From the NCBI RefSeq assembly GCF_009914755.1, contig NC_060942.1: a DNA stretch of 64,000 nt. The stretch is one strand, 5' to 3'. Each line of letters begins with the position of its first letter. Position 1 is the first letter of the stretch. The notes beneath the pieces are model-generated. The model was not told where the DNA came from, did no database searches, and was given only the letters and a program-made list of their open reading frames with translations. Origin of the DNA: the human T2T-CHM13v2.0 reference genome, Homo sapiens. Positions 14,650-28,650 of this stretch are shown in pieces. Position numbers and translations under genes: made by a program.

Positions 14650-14850
14650 TAACAGCTCACCATTATTGAGCATGTACTATATGGCAGGCATTGTTTGATT
14701 TTAATTGTAACTGTAAAAAGGAGGTACTATTGTTTAGTTCAAAGGCACATGTGGGGAAAGTGAGTCACAGAGATGTTGAACAATGCTGGCATTCAAAGCA
14801 GGACAGTTTGGTTCCACAGTTCATGTGCATAAACACCAAGCTTTATTGTC
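14650..14850 (-). mobile_element. MIR
   Basis: aataacagctcaccattattgagcatgtactatatggcaggc..gaaagtgagtcacagaga. Confidence 0.6.
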
Positions 14851-15049
14851 TCTTATGTGCTCAAAGGACAAGTGAAACTTCACAAAATGAGTGAAGCAAA
14901 TTTGTTATTGAGTGTTTGGAACTATGCTTGGAGTCCTTGCATTTAAAGGCTGAACAATGTTAACAACTGTTAAGTGGGAAGGGTAGACTAACTTCTTCAA
15001 GTGCTTGTAACTACAAGCATGGTCCTGATGCATTTCAGTCTATTAGATG

Positions 15050-15460
15050 AAGTGACCTAATCTATCCTTAATACTGTATTGAAAATTACGATCGGGGATT
15101 CGTACATTGCTCATCTCGAGCTGGTGAGTGCCCAGAACAGTTTTCTTTATTCTCACAAGACTAGAATTTAATGGAACCAGCCCTCCAACTACCATGAAAG
15201 CTTCAAGACGAGGTACAACATCAGTGCACACCTGCATGTCATCAGTGAAGTCATTAAGTGAGCAGACAAGAACAGCCTGCCATCATGCCTGTTTATTGTC
15301 AACACTGAAGAGGTATTGACAGTGTTGAGACAGGCTGTCACTGAGGAAGCTGAGATTGAATCAACAACCAGCAGAACATCCACCCCAATGGAAACCCTTT
15401 CCTTGAGAAGCATCAAAACAAAATGTACAGAGGGCCCATGTATTCAGGGAATCTCCCATT
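15050..15460 (+). mobile_element. Ancient RTE-clade (L4/RTE-X or MamRTE-like) reverse transcriptase relic
   Basis: Translation VFFILTRLE..QPSNYHESFKTRYNISAHLHVISEVIK*ADKNSLPSCLFIVNTEEVLTVL resembles RTE RT ILTRL..QPxEQAGFRKGYSTIDHIHTxxQLIEKxREYNxPLCLAFIDYEKAFDSV. Confidence 0.6.
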
Positions 15461-15666
15461 TTGCTTGCTCAGACACAAAGGACATGGGTTACATGAAAAG
15501 CAGATAAAGTATTGCATGGCTGCATGAAGAAATGACTGCTGAGCTGAGTTAAAACTCAGAATGTAAGTGGGTTCAGCATCTATTTCTGTGATTTATTTAT
15601 TATTTATTGAATCTTCCATCCCTCATATCTACACATCAAATAGGGAACACTAAAAAGCCATGTTAT

Positions 15667-15990
<324 letters not shown>

Positions 15991-17157
15991 AGCCATGTTA
16001 TGACCTTGTCAAAAGAGCAGCCCATTTCCTGTTCTTCAGAACGTATTAAGAATTCACAGCATTTTTGGAGGAAGCCAAGCCTTACTCTCAGAAAGATTGC
16101 GTTAATTATGTGGGCATATTTTTAAAGGAATTGATCCTAAATGGATCACCAGCATTTTAGAATGAACATTCTTAGTGACATAAGCAACTTAGTAGATTTT
16201 GAAATAGTAAATAATAAAAAAAAAAATTCAGAGTAGCTGAGAATTCAGGTAATGTGGAAGAAATAAGGAAAATATATAATTTATTTCCATAACTGGAGTA
16301 AATGAGAGAAGAGGAAACAGAGAGAGAGCGAGCGCACGCACAGATGTGCACATTCCACTTGTGCATAAAACGTGTCCCATGTTAGCTTGGATTTCCAATG
16401 GATTAAGGGGATCCACAGTAGGTCAGCCTGTTCCAGATCTTATGGAATATAGGTGCCTCCTCTATTGTTAGAAGTTAGACTCTGCCAGCAGTGGAGGGAA
16501 AATTTTAAACACAATTACACTATCGAGATGTCTAGTCAAAGGCCTAGACCAGCCTGGCCTGAGATGATAGAATCAGAGATGGGTCATAAATCTCTGGCTG
16601 CGTCAGAGCGTTATTTGGATGCAGAATGAGTTGGTGGCCCTGGATGCGACAATAACTCCTCAGGGGTGATGGATGAGCCAGACTGACATCAGAACAGGTG
16701 AGAATATTACAAGGAATATTAACAAGAAGCTTGATGGAAGAGCCCCAGCAATCAACTCCATGGGAAAGGTTTAATTCAAATCATAAAAGACACTGTGGAT
16801 AGCAGATATTTTTCTATCTGACCAATTAAAAAAGGCAGGCCATAATTGTGCACTGGTAACCTCAAAATTGTTCTAATAAGTCTATGAAATACTGTGTTAT
16901 TAGAATTAAAATTTGAGCTTTGGTTTTTTTCCCAAATATTTGGTTGACTAGGTGACTACTCTCTAAATTACTGGTTGCTTTCACTTAACTACATATCCCT
17001 ACAATTCATAAAGCTGTTATTGATCATAATCTTACGAAGAAGAACAGGGATTAGTTATGTTGATATGATCTGTCTGGTGTCTAGGGAAGAGTTAGTCAAA
17101 GTATGAAGCCAAATGGCACCTGAGGCCATAGTAGATGTTATCCTGTAATTCCTGTCT

Positions 17158-17320
17158 TGTTTCTTTCCTCCCCTTCCCTCCTCCCTTCCCCTCTCCTCTT
17201 ACCTTCCCCTCCCCTTCTCTTCCCTTTCTCCTTTATTTTCTCCCTTTCCTTCTGCTTCCTATCTTTCCCTACTTCCTCCACAATTTTATCCAGTCTTCTA
17301 CTCCTTTCTCTTCCTTGTCA
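17158..17320. repeat. CT-rich polypyrimidine low-complexity tract
   Basis: About 160 nt almost entirely C/T on the + strand. Confidence 0.85.
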
Positions 17321-18288
17321 ACACTCCCTAACTTTTGGCTGTCTCCAGGCTTCCACAGGCATCACTTTGTGTCTCTGATATGACTCAGGGCTGAAGTTAT
17401 GGCTGAGCTTTTAATGATTCTGAATCTCTTAGTATGGAGATTCACCTGCCTCTGGGGCCAGAAACTTGTACTTTTTGCAGTGCTGACCATCTGAGATAGG
17501 GCTAAGGAAGGATGGAGGCAACCATCCCAGACTATAGAGCCATCTGCATGGAAATGGTTGTGAAATATTGAGAGAGTGAACTGCCCAGCTGCTAAAGTTA
17601 AAAAGAATGTTTAATAGACACATGCAGGATATATCCTAGGGTTGATTTTTTCCCCTAAAATGAAGAATCCATTTCCACCTCACATTAAGTCTGAAAGCCA
17701 CTTTCCTTGCCAAAAATGAAAACAAAGTATAAGACACCCATCTTATCTCTTCTGGAGCAGGCAGAACACATTATATGAGGGCAGAGCACAGAGACAACTA
17801 GCAATGTCAATAAAGGCTCCAATGAGAGAGACAAGGGCAGGGAGAGAGACAGACAGGGAGGGAGGGAGATAGTGCACGAAAGAGGTAACAGAGCTGCGGT
17901 ATTGTATAAGTAGAAGTATAAACAGCTGATGTCAGACTTTTAGCACAATATGCATTGTAAGAAGCCAACTGTTCTAATGCTGTTAATAAAGACCTTACTT
18001 GTGTCATCATTGAGCAATGGAATAAGTAGAACATGCAATGGAATGCAATATAGTGTGATAAGGAATCTGATAGGCAGGAGCAGCATCCCAGCATGGACCA
18101 GTGCATGACAAAAAAGAAAGTGGGCACCTAGAGGAACCTGGATGAAACAAGAGAAATCCAGGCTTTGATCAGAACAGTGATGATTCTCTAGTAGTTACTG
18201 ATAATTCCTTAATGACAGGAAATTAAGACGTGATATTCAAAATCCAATCCGGGTCCTGTGTAGTTTTCTGTATATAATTATGCTTAAG

Positions 18289-18425
18289 GGCCAGGCATGG
18301 TGGCTCATGCCTATAATCCCAGCACTTGGGGAGGCCAAGGAGGGGAGACCACTTGTGACCAGGAGTTTGAGACCAGCCTGGTCAACAGAACAAGACCCAA
18401 TCTCTACAAAAAATAAAAATAAAAG
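18289..18425 (+). mobile_element. Free left Alu monomer (FLAM)
   Basis: Single Alu arm with A-tail. TSD ataattatgcttaag on both sides. Confidence 0.9.
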
Positions 18426-18459
18426 TAATAATTATGCTTAAGATTATTTCAGAGCAGGA

Positions 18460-18620
18460 ATAATCTTCTCAAACTTGGCTATACTTTAGAAACCATCAGG
18501 AATCTTTGATTCCTGGGCCTTAGCTCAGAACCATAGAATCAGAACACCTCAGAGTGTGAGCTGGCCATTAATATATTTTTTAAAGTCTCCAGGTGATTCA
18601 GTCAAGACTGGAAATGATGG
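18460..18620 (+). mobile_element. MER5A-like hAT MITE
   Basis: ttctcaaacttggct..ttagaa..cctgggcc..gaatcagaa..aagtctccaggtgattc. Confidence 0.6.
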
Positions 18621-18914
18621 TTATAAAGTAAAGTGTATTTTTATTTGACTTGATAATGTGAGATCAGGCCTTTGCAACAAAATTTTTGTTGTTTTCATAA
18701 AGTACTGAGCTGAGCAACCCTTTCCAAAGTGGGTCCCATAGAGCACCAGGCCTTTGACATCCCAGAGAAAAATAACTTATTATTTGGTCAAGAAGTCTGG
18801 GAAGACGATGTACTCTGCCTCACAATGCTTATTAGCATGTTACAGGCTCTGAGAAGTCCTGCAAAATTGAATTCTGCCTAATTGAATACAACTTCCCCTT
18901 TAAAAAAGAAAGAC

Positions 18915-19230
18915 TATTTTTTTAAAGAGAAGTTTTAGGTTCACAGCAAAATTGAGAGGAAAGTATAGAAAGTTCCTATATAAATGCCAGCCGCACACAT
19001 GCACAGTTTCCCCCATTTTCAACACCCTCTACCAGAGTGGTGGATTTATTACAATGGATGAACCCACATTGACACATCATTATCACCCAGAGTCCACAAT
19101 TTACATTAGGGTTCGCTCTTGGTGATGTACATTCTATGCATTTGGGCAAATGTGAAATGACAGTTATCTACTATTGTTTGTATCATGCAGAATAGTTTCA
19201 CCACCCTAAAAATCCTGTGTTTCCTCTCTT
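18915..19230 (-). mobile_element. L1MA 3' end
   Basis: agttttaggttcacagcaaaattgag..gacacatcattatcacccagagtccac..tttacattagggttc. Confidence 0.85.
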
Positions 19231-19429
19231 CCCTTTACTTTTGGGGAATACGTATTGCCACGTAGAACTGGTATTCTACACTTGAAAATCATTTTAGGGA
19301 AATTTACTTCTGAGTATGAAGACACAGAATGAGTGGACTCCTTTGGGAGTTGCAAGCATGATTCTGGGGCCAGAATGGGCAGACCAAGAAAGCCCCACAG
19401 CCTGAAGCTGGTTCAGGTGGTGATTTACT

Positions 19430-19560
19430 TGGGCTGCCAGGGTTTGAACCCTGACTCTGACACTTACCAGCTCTACGTCCTTGGGCAATTGACTAAATCT
19501 CAGTGTTCTTCAGTTTCCTCATCTGTGAAATGGAGAAAATTACATTTAAAAGTTTGAATA
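19430..19560 (+). mobile_element. MIR
   Basis: gggtttgaaccctgactctgacacttaccagct..cagtttcctcatctgtgaaatgg. Confidence 0.75.
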
Positions 19561-19984
19561 TTAAATTAAATAAAGAAAAGCACAGCAAGGGAATTGAATG
19601 AACATTCACCAGTATTAAAAAGTGGAAAGCACTCTAAAGTTTTATTACATTTCTAGTTTCCTATTAAACATCATGACTTTAATGTCTCACTGACTACTCA
19701 GTCTCAGCAAGATTAAACCAGAAGTTATTTGATTTTTTCATTGAAACAAGTTTCTCTGCTTGATTTTCATATTTTTCACTCTAGTACCATCATTCTTATA
19801 GTCACTTAATCTCAAAATCTTCCTGTCATCTGTAAATTCTTTTACTTCTTGCAGTTTGAATTTAATCTCATTTCTGCTTTCTTAATTTTATTCACAATAG
19901 TCATTGCATCTACAATTCACTTTCTATTCCTGGTGCTCTCCATTCAGTACCAGGAATTTCTTTAAACCTGAACTATTGAAATAG

Positions 19985-20300
<316 letters not shown>

Positions 20301-20939
20301 TAGTTTTTCTTTCTTCTAAGACCTCCAGCTTAGCAGTAGCAGGTTAATCTAATAAATGTCTTCAGCTATGCATTTGAAGTCCTGATGCCCAAGGACTTTA
20401 CAGAGGAGTGAGCAAACAAACAGGTAAACAATTGCTAGCCTATGTACAATGATGAAATTTTACAACATGCTTTGTGAGTGTGAGTGAATATGGGTGAAAT
20501 TGTGTGTGTCTTCTTGAGTGCAATCAATTTTCTCTGGGGAAGGAAGACTTCAAAGGGGTGTCGTTTAACTGAGTGCTTACATGGCAGACCTAGTGCAGGT
20601 GCGTGGGAATGATAGGTTAATCTGCTTTCCTTTCACATTTCCATGTGGGTCCCAACCCAACCAGCTTAACTCAGACCTCAGTAATCTTTCCCATTAGGAA
20701 TCCAATTATTCTACTCCCCATTTTCCGTATATGCCTTGGCCATATACAGACCTCTCTGCTCATTCCATTTTCTCTGCTGATAATGCTCCCTTCCTCCACT
20801 CTGTCCATTTCATTCAAAAGACATCTGTTAAGCTCCTCTAGCATCTGTATGTTTTATGTGTTGAGGCACTCCTCAGATTAACAATAGAGGTGATCAGTAT
20901 CTACCTTTCAACTTGTACACATCTGTGTCAATGAGATAT

Positions 20940-21280
20940 TGTGTTTGGCTGTTACAATAGATGTTGTGTTTGGCTGTAACATGGACTAAAAAATAATGGC
21001 GAAAACAAGAGATGGCATTTTTTCTCTCATATAAGCAGAAATCTAAAGATAAGCAGCCTACAGCTGGGATGGTCAGCAGAAATCTTGGCTCATTCTAGTT
21101 CTTTGACTGTAGGCTTAAAGAAAGGCCTTTATCCTCATGCTGAAAAAATGGCTGCCATAGTTCCAGCTATTATATTGGAGGTCCCATGTATAAACAAAGA
21201 AGGAAAGTAAAGGGGCAAAAGGAGCTGCCCAGCTGAGTTAACCCCCTTTAAAGAACTTTCTGAGAGGCCCCAATTACCAG
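20940..21280 (-). mobile_element. Old MLT1 (J/K-like) LTR fragment
   Basis: tttggctgtaac..aataatggc..aacaaga..aaaatggctgccatagttccagc. Confidence 0.5.
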
Positions 21281-24200
21281 AATTGGCCTTGGACTTGGGC
21301 TTTCCAGGACCTGCCCTGGCCCTCCCCTGGCTGTGTCCTCTGCATTGAGGCCACTAGACTAAAGAAAAATGCCCACCAAGAGCCTACCCACTTCTTCTAG
21401 AGAATGCTGTGGGCACTCTGGAATTTTAGCCCACTTGTAGGTCTATGTGGGCCTCTTTCATGGGTCCATCCTTCTAACAGCAGAATGTGCCAGTGGTGCA
21501 CACACCCACAGGCTAAGAGGAGATTGTACTTGGGAGGCAGGTGGGCAGAAGTGGATGAAACTTGGACTTGAGTAGTGGAATGTCCATGTGCATGTTCTTG
21601 AGTCCCCTTGTTGTATGGGTTGGAGTTGAGGGTAGAAAGAGAAAGGACCCAGGCCACTGGACTGAAAAGCCGCATGGCTTGGAACTTGAAAGAGGTGAGT
21701 ATTCCAGGCCTTCCAGATATTATGAAGATATACTAGTCACAGCAGGGGTATAGAAGCTATTCTATTCAACAGCATGGGAACTCAATTTATAATCTTTAAA
21801 TATTTAGGCATCTAGTATATGGACCTCTATTTGTAGCCTTGTGCCTGTCACACCAAAACCAGGGGAAGGAAGGCTTGCATGTACTCATTTCCATTTATAA
21901 CTCCTTGACCATCACATGTGCGAGGAAGTGCCGTTCTCTCCCTCTCTTTAAGCTGGAAGACAAGCAATGGATATGAGATATTGAGTAGAAAGTCAGCATT
22001 TTATGCCATTTGGGTTTATGAGGGAGATTGGAAGAAAAGTCTTAGCTTTATCCCAAAGGGATTGGCATTTGCATCCCTATTGTAATAAATGGCAAATATA
22101 AAAACAGAATTCACAGAGTAAGATGCACAGGTAATTTTGAGTATACAGCAATTTGGCAGCAGGCCTTACATTAAGGATAAAGATGAATATTAAAAACAAA
22201 AAAACAAAATCCCCAAAACTTGCAACCCATCTAAAAGGAAGGTGTGTGGATGTGTGGAAATGCAGAACTGGAGCACCTAAGAGAACTGATAGTGTGCTGG
22301 CTCTTGGAGGGGTAGCCTAGGACACCCCATTGGTCAGAGAGAAGGTGCTGTGATAACAGCTTCCAAGTGGTCAAGAGAGGAATTCAGGGTGATGAGGGGT
22401 AATTGAGGTGTAGGGAGCTGCAGTGCAGGGAGGAAGCACCGTCTAAACTGACGCATGGATAATTTGATTGAGTAGGCACTTGCATGTTAAACATTCTCAT
22501 TTTCACTGGTAGAAGTTAGTCATGAGCAAAATATTTTTAAATAAAGGTTACAGTAGATCCAAAAGGGAGCATTTAATGTGGTTTTGGATAGTTAGTATAT
22601 AATAATTTTCTTTCTGTCTGTTGATCCCTTGGGTAATTGATGTTAACAAAAACAACCCCAAAAGATATATAATCTGCAAACATCAGTAATAAATGTTTGT
22701 GATTTGTGAACCCAGTGTTAGGACAAACTGAAAAGAACACATTTCCTTAAAAAAACAAAAAGCTTCCAATGCTGGTGATTCTTTAATAGAGATGTTCTAA
22801 GCAAGAAAGACAATCTCTCTTTGTACTTCTTTGGTGAGGAGAACAGAAACGCAAAGTGTCAATAAGGCATGGGTATTGGATAAGCCGAGAAGCTGAATGT
22901 CTTGAGTAAAGATGTGTTTCTTGCATGAATAACTTCCTAACAATCTGCTGAAGGAGTGATTTTGTATCAAGCTGAAACCCCAAACCAGCATCATTTTAAT
23001 TTGCCAAGCACCTGTGAAGGAATACAGCTGCAAGGCCATGGGAAAACAATAGAAACTGTGACAGTTCATTAATATAAACCAGCAACTAGATTTATTTGGA
23101 AAAGTCATTGATATAGAATTACCCTGGAGGATGCAATGGCATTCCTGATGCAGGCCAGCAAGCAGCTAACTAAGATTATAGATGTGTGCACATCATTTGA
23201 AACCGAACAGTAATTTGGTAACTATTACGATTTATTGTGTATGTCAAACAGAATAACAAATGTGTAAAGAGCCGTGATTGCTTCAGGAAAGTTAGGTTTG
23301 TGTTGCATTCAGTTGTTTGGCTTTTTTGCATGCAAAGTTATTTTGTTTTGGAAAATCAAGATAATGGTGTTGCCTCTAAAATGATTATTTCTGGGTATAG
23401 GCATAGAAGGAAAATATGAAAGTACACATTCTTGTCTAACAACTCTGAGTCTTAGTATAATGCTGGTAACAAGTTCAAGAAGCTGTTTATTGCAATCAAA
23501 TCATCGCAGTCTTGTGTCATTGGTGACCACAAATATATGAGTTATGGTAGGTAACTCATAAGCAACTGGCTTGCATAAAATGAAAGGCATCAGCAGATCT
23601 GGAGGCAGAGAAATGGATCTGCTAACCACTTACTTTTATAGCAAACAGTAAAATGTAACCGTAAAAAATGGGAGGAAAGCAAGATTCTTTCATATATTTA
23701 AAGCATCTGGGAAAATCTTGGTGTGTGACATAAAGGCAATATGCCTGTTTCACGGAACTTGTTCCCAGCCATGAGACAGGCCACATGCCTAATAATATGG
23801 GAGCTAATGAAGAGAATGCCCCCACCCCTTAATGTTTTCTCTTTCAATGGAAAGGAAAACTCAACAATCCTCCAGCTAATTTCCTTAGTTGGTTTTCTTA
23901 ATCTTCTTACCACCAGTAGTTAGATTGCCTGGTATTCTTATAATCATTGGAAACTGATTAACCTGAAGAGCTGGTTTTAAAGAGTTAAGTTTTATAGCGA
24001 CCACTGAGGACTTGCTGACTGGGTAGTGATGGGTAGGGGGCTTCTCTCATGGGCACCATAACAATATATTGCCAACCACTGGGGCCAATGCCATTTTCAT
24101 GAGCCCCCATAAAAGTGGTCATTATATGATGGGGTTGGAAAGAGGCATGGGAAATGCACCAAGAACCTGTGGGATAACCTGTCGCTGAGTGGGAACAGTT

Positions 24201-25230
24201 TACAGACCAAGAGCATCTCCCTGGCCCTTGAAAGTATTGTCTTCATTTTTTTTGTAAGATACTAAATCTCTTTCTTACACTAAAAAAATATTTAAAATGA
24301 TCTAAAATCCAGGATATTCCTGATTTGAAACAGAAAATTCTAAGATTTGGGTTGAGAATGTGGGGGGATCCATTAAGAGGCTATTTAAATGTATGACTGT
24401 AAAGGACAGCTCATTAAAATCTCAGAAATTGAAGACTAAATTATTTGTACTACATTGTTCTTAATTTTAACACCACTTTCATCTTCTTTTCAAGCCCTCT
24501 GATCCTAAAAGACGTTTCCAGTGTTTGGAGCTGCAAAGTGCATTCTGTCCAAGGGCTGGTTCTCATTTTGTTAAATTCTCTAATGGCATTGCTCAAAGAC
24601 ATAACTTGTAAACACACACCAGAATTTTGTTTCTTTGTTTGGTTTTCACATCACAATTGAAAAACATTCTGAAAATATGAAGCCGTTATAACATTCTCCA
24701 GGTTCCCCTATAACAATAATGCTAAAACATTCAAAACAAAGGCAAATAACATAATTAGTAAGGGAAAGATTTTGAATTTCAAATAAGATTGCAGCCACCC
24801 CATCATCTTTGGGCCTTCAAAACAACTAGACATGCTCTGCTGTGAACTGCAGGCACTGCCCTTGTTTTTGCTAACTCATTCGAACACCTTTTGTGTGGGG
24901 GAAAACTCTGTGTCTGGCTAATTTGTAAAAATGCAAGTCCTGAATTGCAAATCCCCCTGACATTTTGAGGAAAAGAAAACATGGGATGAAACCTAGAAAC
25001 CAAATTTGGTGTATGGACATAGTCTATTTAGATTTTACCTATTAATTGGTTGACAACATTTCCAAGTTTGGAGTTTCACATAAAAAAAAATCAGATTTCC
25101 AGTTTTTTTGTTTTGAAAAATTAGAAGATATCACGCCTAAGCCCACCATTCTTTATTAAAACTCTCAAGCAGAGGGGAGGAGCAGTACTCCTTAGGTGGA
25201 GCATAGCTCTCTGTTAATTTTTCCAGTGAC

Positions 25231-25543
25231 TTTTTTTTTTTTTTTTTGAGACGGAGTCTCGCTCTGTCGCCCATGCTAGAGTGCAGTGGTGCAATCTCGG
25301 CTCACCTCAACCTCTACCGCCCGAGTTCAAGCGATTCTCCTGCCTCAGCCTCCTGAGTAGCTAGGGTTACAGGAGCCTGCCACCATGCCCAGCTAATTTT
25401 TTTTTTTTTTTTTTTTGTAGATTTTATTAGACATGGGGTTTCGCCATCTCGGCCAGGCTGGTCTTGAACTCCTGACTTCGTGATCCACCCGCCTCGGCCT
25501 CCCAAAGTGCTGGGATGACAGGCATGAGCCACCACACCCGGCC
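25231..25543 (-). mobile_element. AluS
   Basis: Alu body. TSD aatttttccagtgact on both sides. Confidence 0.95.
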
Positions 25544-25669
25544 AATTTTTCCAGTGACTCTTGATGCCAATTTCACTCTGATTTCAGCAATTTACACATG
25601 CTATTGGGACAGATAATCAGTGTTACAAGCCTCACGTCTCCAAAAATGGCCCAGTGCCCTATTCAACAC

Positions 25670-25830
25670 CAACCACATAATTTGTGAGGCCTGGTGCAGA
25701 ATGCAAATGTGGGGCCTCAGGTTCACAAATTATTAAGAATTTCAATATGGTGCAATTCTTTTCAATTCACTATTTCAATGGTGACAACAGAGTGTTAAAC
25801 TCAGTATGGGGTCCTATGTGACACCAAGAA
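25670..25830 (-). mobile_element. MER45A-like hAT-Tip100 MITE
   Basis: acataatttgtgaggcctggtgcagaatgcaaatgtggggcc..aaattattaagaatttcaa matches the reverse of recalled MER45A. Confidence 0.7.
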
Positions 25831-25924
25831 GCCAGCTCTGGACATAAGAATAGCTTTGGATCCACTCTGACAACTCAAAAACTATGTTCAGTGGTTTACT
25901 AGAAAGGTAAATAATTCTATAAGA

Positions 25925-26220
<296 letters not shown>

Positions 26221-26479
26221 AGTGAATTCTAGAAGAACAAATGGGATCATACTATATTTAACACCAGAACTTTTTCAAAAGATAATTTTAATGTAACTTG
26301 GAAAATATGCTATTATTAGTACATTAGAACACCTTATTCTCTTAAACTATATTGCATGCTATTCCATTTCACATATACATAAACTTATTTAACACAGTCT
26401 GAAAAGACAAACAACATTATTTTCAATATTTTGTTTGTGGGTTTCTTTTGCTATTATACATCCCCATTGTTGAAATAAA

Positions 26480-26780
26480 CATGTCCTTTGCCTAAGAGTC
26501 TGTCTCTCTAGATCTTCTCATGGGCCTTTTAACCACAACTCAGTTCCTGTTCAAATGTCACCTTCTCAGAGAGAAACTCCCTCTGTCATTCTTTTTCTTC
26601 CTAATTTATTTCATAGCACTTATCAGTATCCGAAATTAAATAACACGATTCGCTTATTTGTTCATATAACTTTTGTGAGGGCAGGGATTTTTCTGCCTTG
26701 TTCATTACTATATTTCTAATAGTGACACCAGCACTTTGTCATGTGTGGGGATGCAGGAAATATTTGCTTAATAAATGAGT
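26480..26780 (+). mobile_element. L2 3' fragment
   Basis: tcaaatgtcaccttctcagaga..catagcacttatca..tgagggcagggatttttctgccttgttcatt..aaatatttg. Confidence 0.7.
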
Positions 26781-28069
26781 GAAACCCTCCAATACATTTT
26801 TTCTCTGTAGGCTAGAGTTATACATTGTGGAAATGCAAAGTCAAAGGTTACACACAGATAATTTTTTGCCAGATAGTAGCAAATTGCTTTACCAAAGGTT
26901 GTACCAATTTAGATTCTCACTGACATTCTTGTTTCCTCTCACTCTAGTCAACATTGTTTTTAGAAATACTTTTCAATCTTCAGCAAGTTGTTATATTTGC
27001 ATGTCTTTAAATATGGCATATATTCATGGAAAATAGCTAGTTTTCGCTTGTATGAGGTTGGTGGGGGGAAGTGGATGGAGGCGTCTGGTAAAATGATACA
27101 CCTCCTTGCTGTGGAATGTACTGCACCAACTTGGGCGTTTAATGCCACCACACCTTGGTGATGGCTGGAGAATTCATCATCCCTTCTCTGCCAAACAACA
27201 TCCTAGTCATTCTTCGTTCAAGGACCTGCTCAGAGGCTGCCATTATTCCTATGAAGTCTTCATTCCTCCCCATTCCCCCATCTCACCCAGTCAGAACCAA
27301 CCACTTTTCCTCAGTGTTCCCACAGTACGACCACAGTGACTCTACCTAGTCTGACTTGGCCAGCTGAAGGCTTGTCTGACCCTGCCTTCCACACAGTGCC
27401 TCCCACCTATCTGTAGTGTCTTCCAATGATAACAAAACACAGCATTCTTGAGACCCAAGGGCACTTTCTCTCTTCAGAGAGTCTGGCTGACTAACAAGCT
27501 GCCAAACTCTCACTCTACTCTCTTTGGAGTGCTCCCGCCTGACCTGGCCCCTGAGGGTGCTGAGCACACGGCCATAGAGATAACACTAACATGGAGCATA
27601 GTAGCGGGTCAGCCCTGAATGTCATCAGCCTCCAACACTCCCAGGCATGAGGAGGCATTTTAAGCCCACCTGGGGCTTTTGTCAGTACTTTATCTGTGTC
27701 ACCCATATCTCCTCAAAGTATGGGAAAACAAAACCACAGTGGCTTATCAGGAGTCGTAATTCCTTACATCTCCCTTATCACCTAAGATTACCCAATCCTA
27801 CCAGAGCTTTCAGGGATCTGTGTGGAGGATAACAAAACCTCTCAGTAGCAAGTGGTCTTATCACCCTAGCAGCCCTTGAAGGGTCGAGAGAGGCTTTAAT
27901 TTCTACCCTGGTATTTTTCCTGATATACTTTCCACTTTTCTAAGAGGCCTGGTCTTATAGCATAGTTTGATTGTCTTTAGAAAACTTCTAGCCTCAAATT
28001 TCTATGGCATGTAAGTTAGGAGCAAGTATGTAGCCACAGCTGTGATTTAGTAAGTGTTTCCTATGTTTC

Positions 28070-28650
28070 AGTCTCAAATTGATCTCATTTCATCTTCACA
28101 ACTACCCTGGGAAAAGATACTAGTGCCATTGTATATAGTTTTAGAGACGGGGTCTCACTGTGTTGCTCAGGCTAGTCTCAAACTCCTAGCCTCAAGTGAT
28201 CTTCCTGCCTCATCCACCCATGTAATTGGGATTACAGCTGGGAGCCACCACACCCAGCTTAGTGCCATTTAATAAATGAGGAAACTGAGGCTCTGAACAA
28301 GGAAATGGTTCTTCCAAAGTCACACAACTTTTAAATGTCAGAGCATGAATCTGAAGCCAAGTCTGCTATGGACTGCCAAGCCTAACATAACCACTGTGCT
28401 AGGTAAGAGGTAGTACTGAGTAGGGGTTAGCATGCTGGATTCTGGAACCTGGCTGTCTGAGTTTGAATTTTGACACTGCTGTTTACTAGCTGTGTAACCT
28501 TGGGCAAGTTACTTAACTTCTCTGTCCCCCCAGTCCCTCACCTATAAAATTAGATTAATAATACCTATTTCATGGAGTTGAGAAAAAACACACACAAATA
28601 TACATACATCCTCGGTTCAGTGTCTACTCTATAAATGACAGCTATTACTA
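28070..28650. mobile_element. Two oppositely oriented MIRs; the first carries a FLAM/Alu monomer (about 28140-28259, minus)
   Basis: aaatgaggaaactgaggct..gtcacaca (minus) then ctagctgtgtaaccttgggcaagttacttaacttctctg (plus). Monomer flanked by tagtgccatt TSD. Confidence 0.75.

Noticed and set aside
15002-15019. 8-bp hairpin tgcttgta-ac-tacaagca
   Set aside because: Short enough to occur by chance in 64 kb.
21300-21850. Possible hAT-Tip100-type element
   Set aside because: Only a vague resemblance at the ends; family and boundaries could not be supported.
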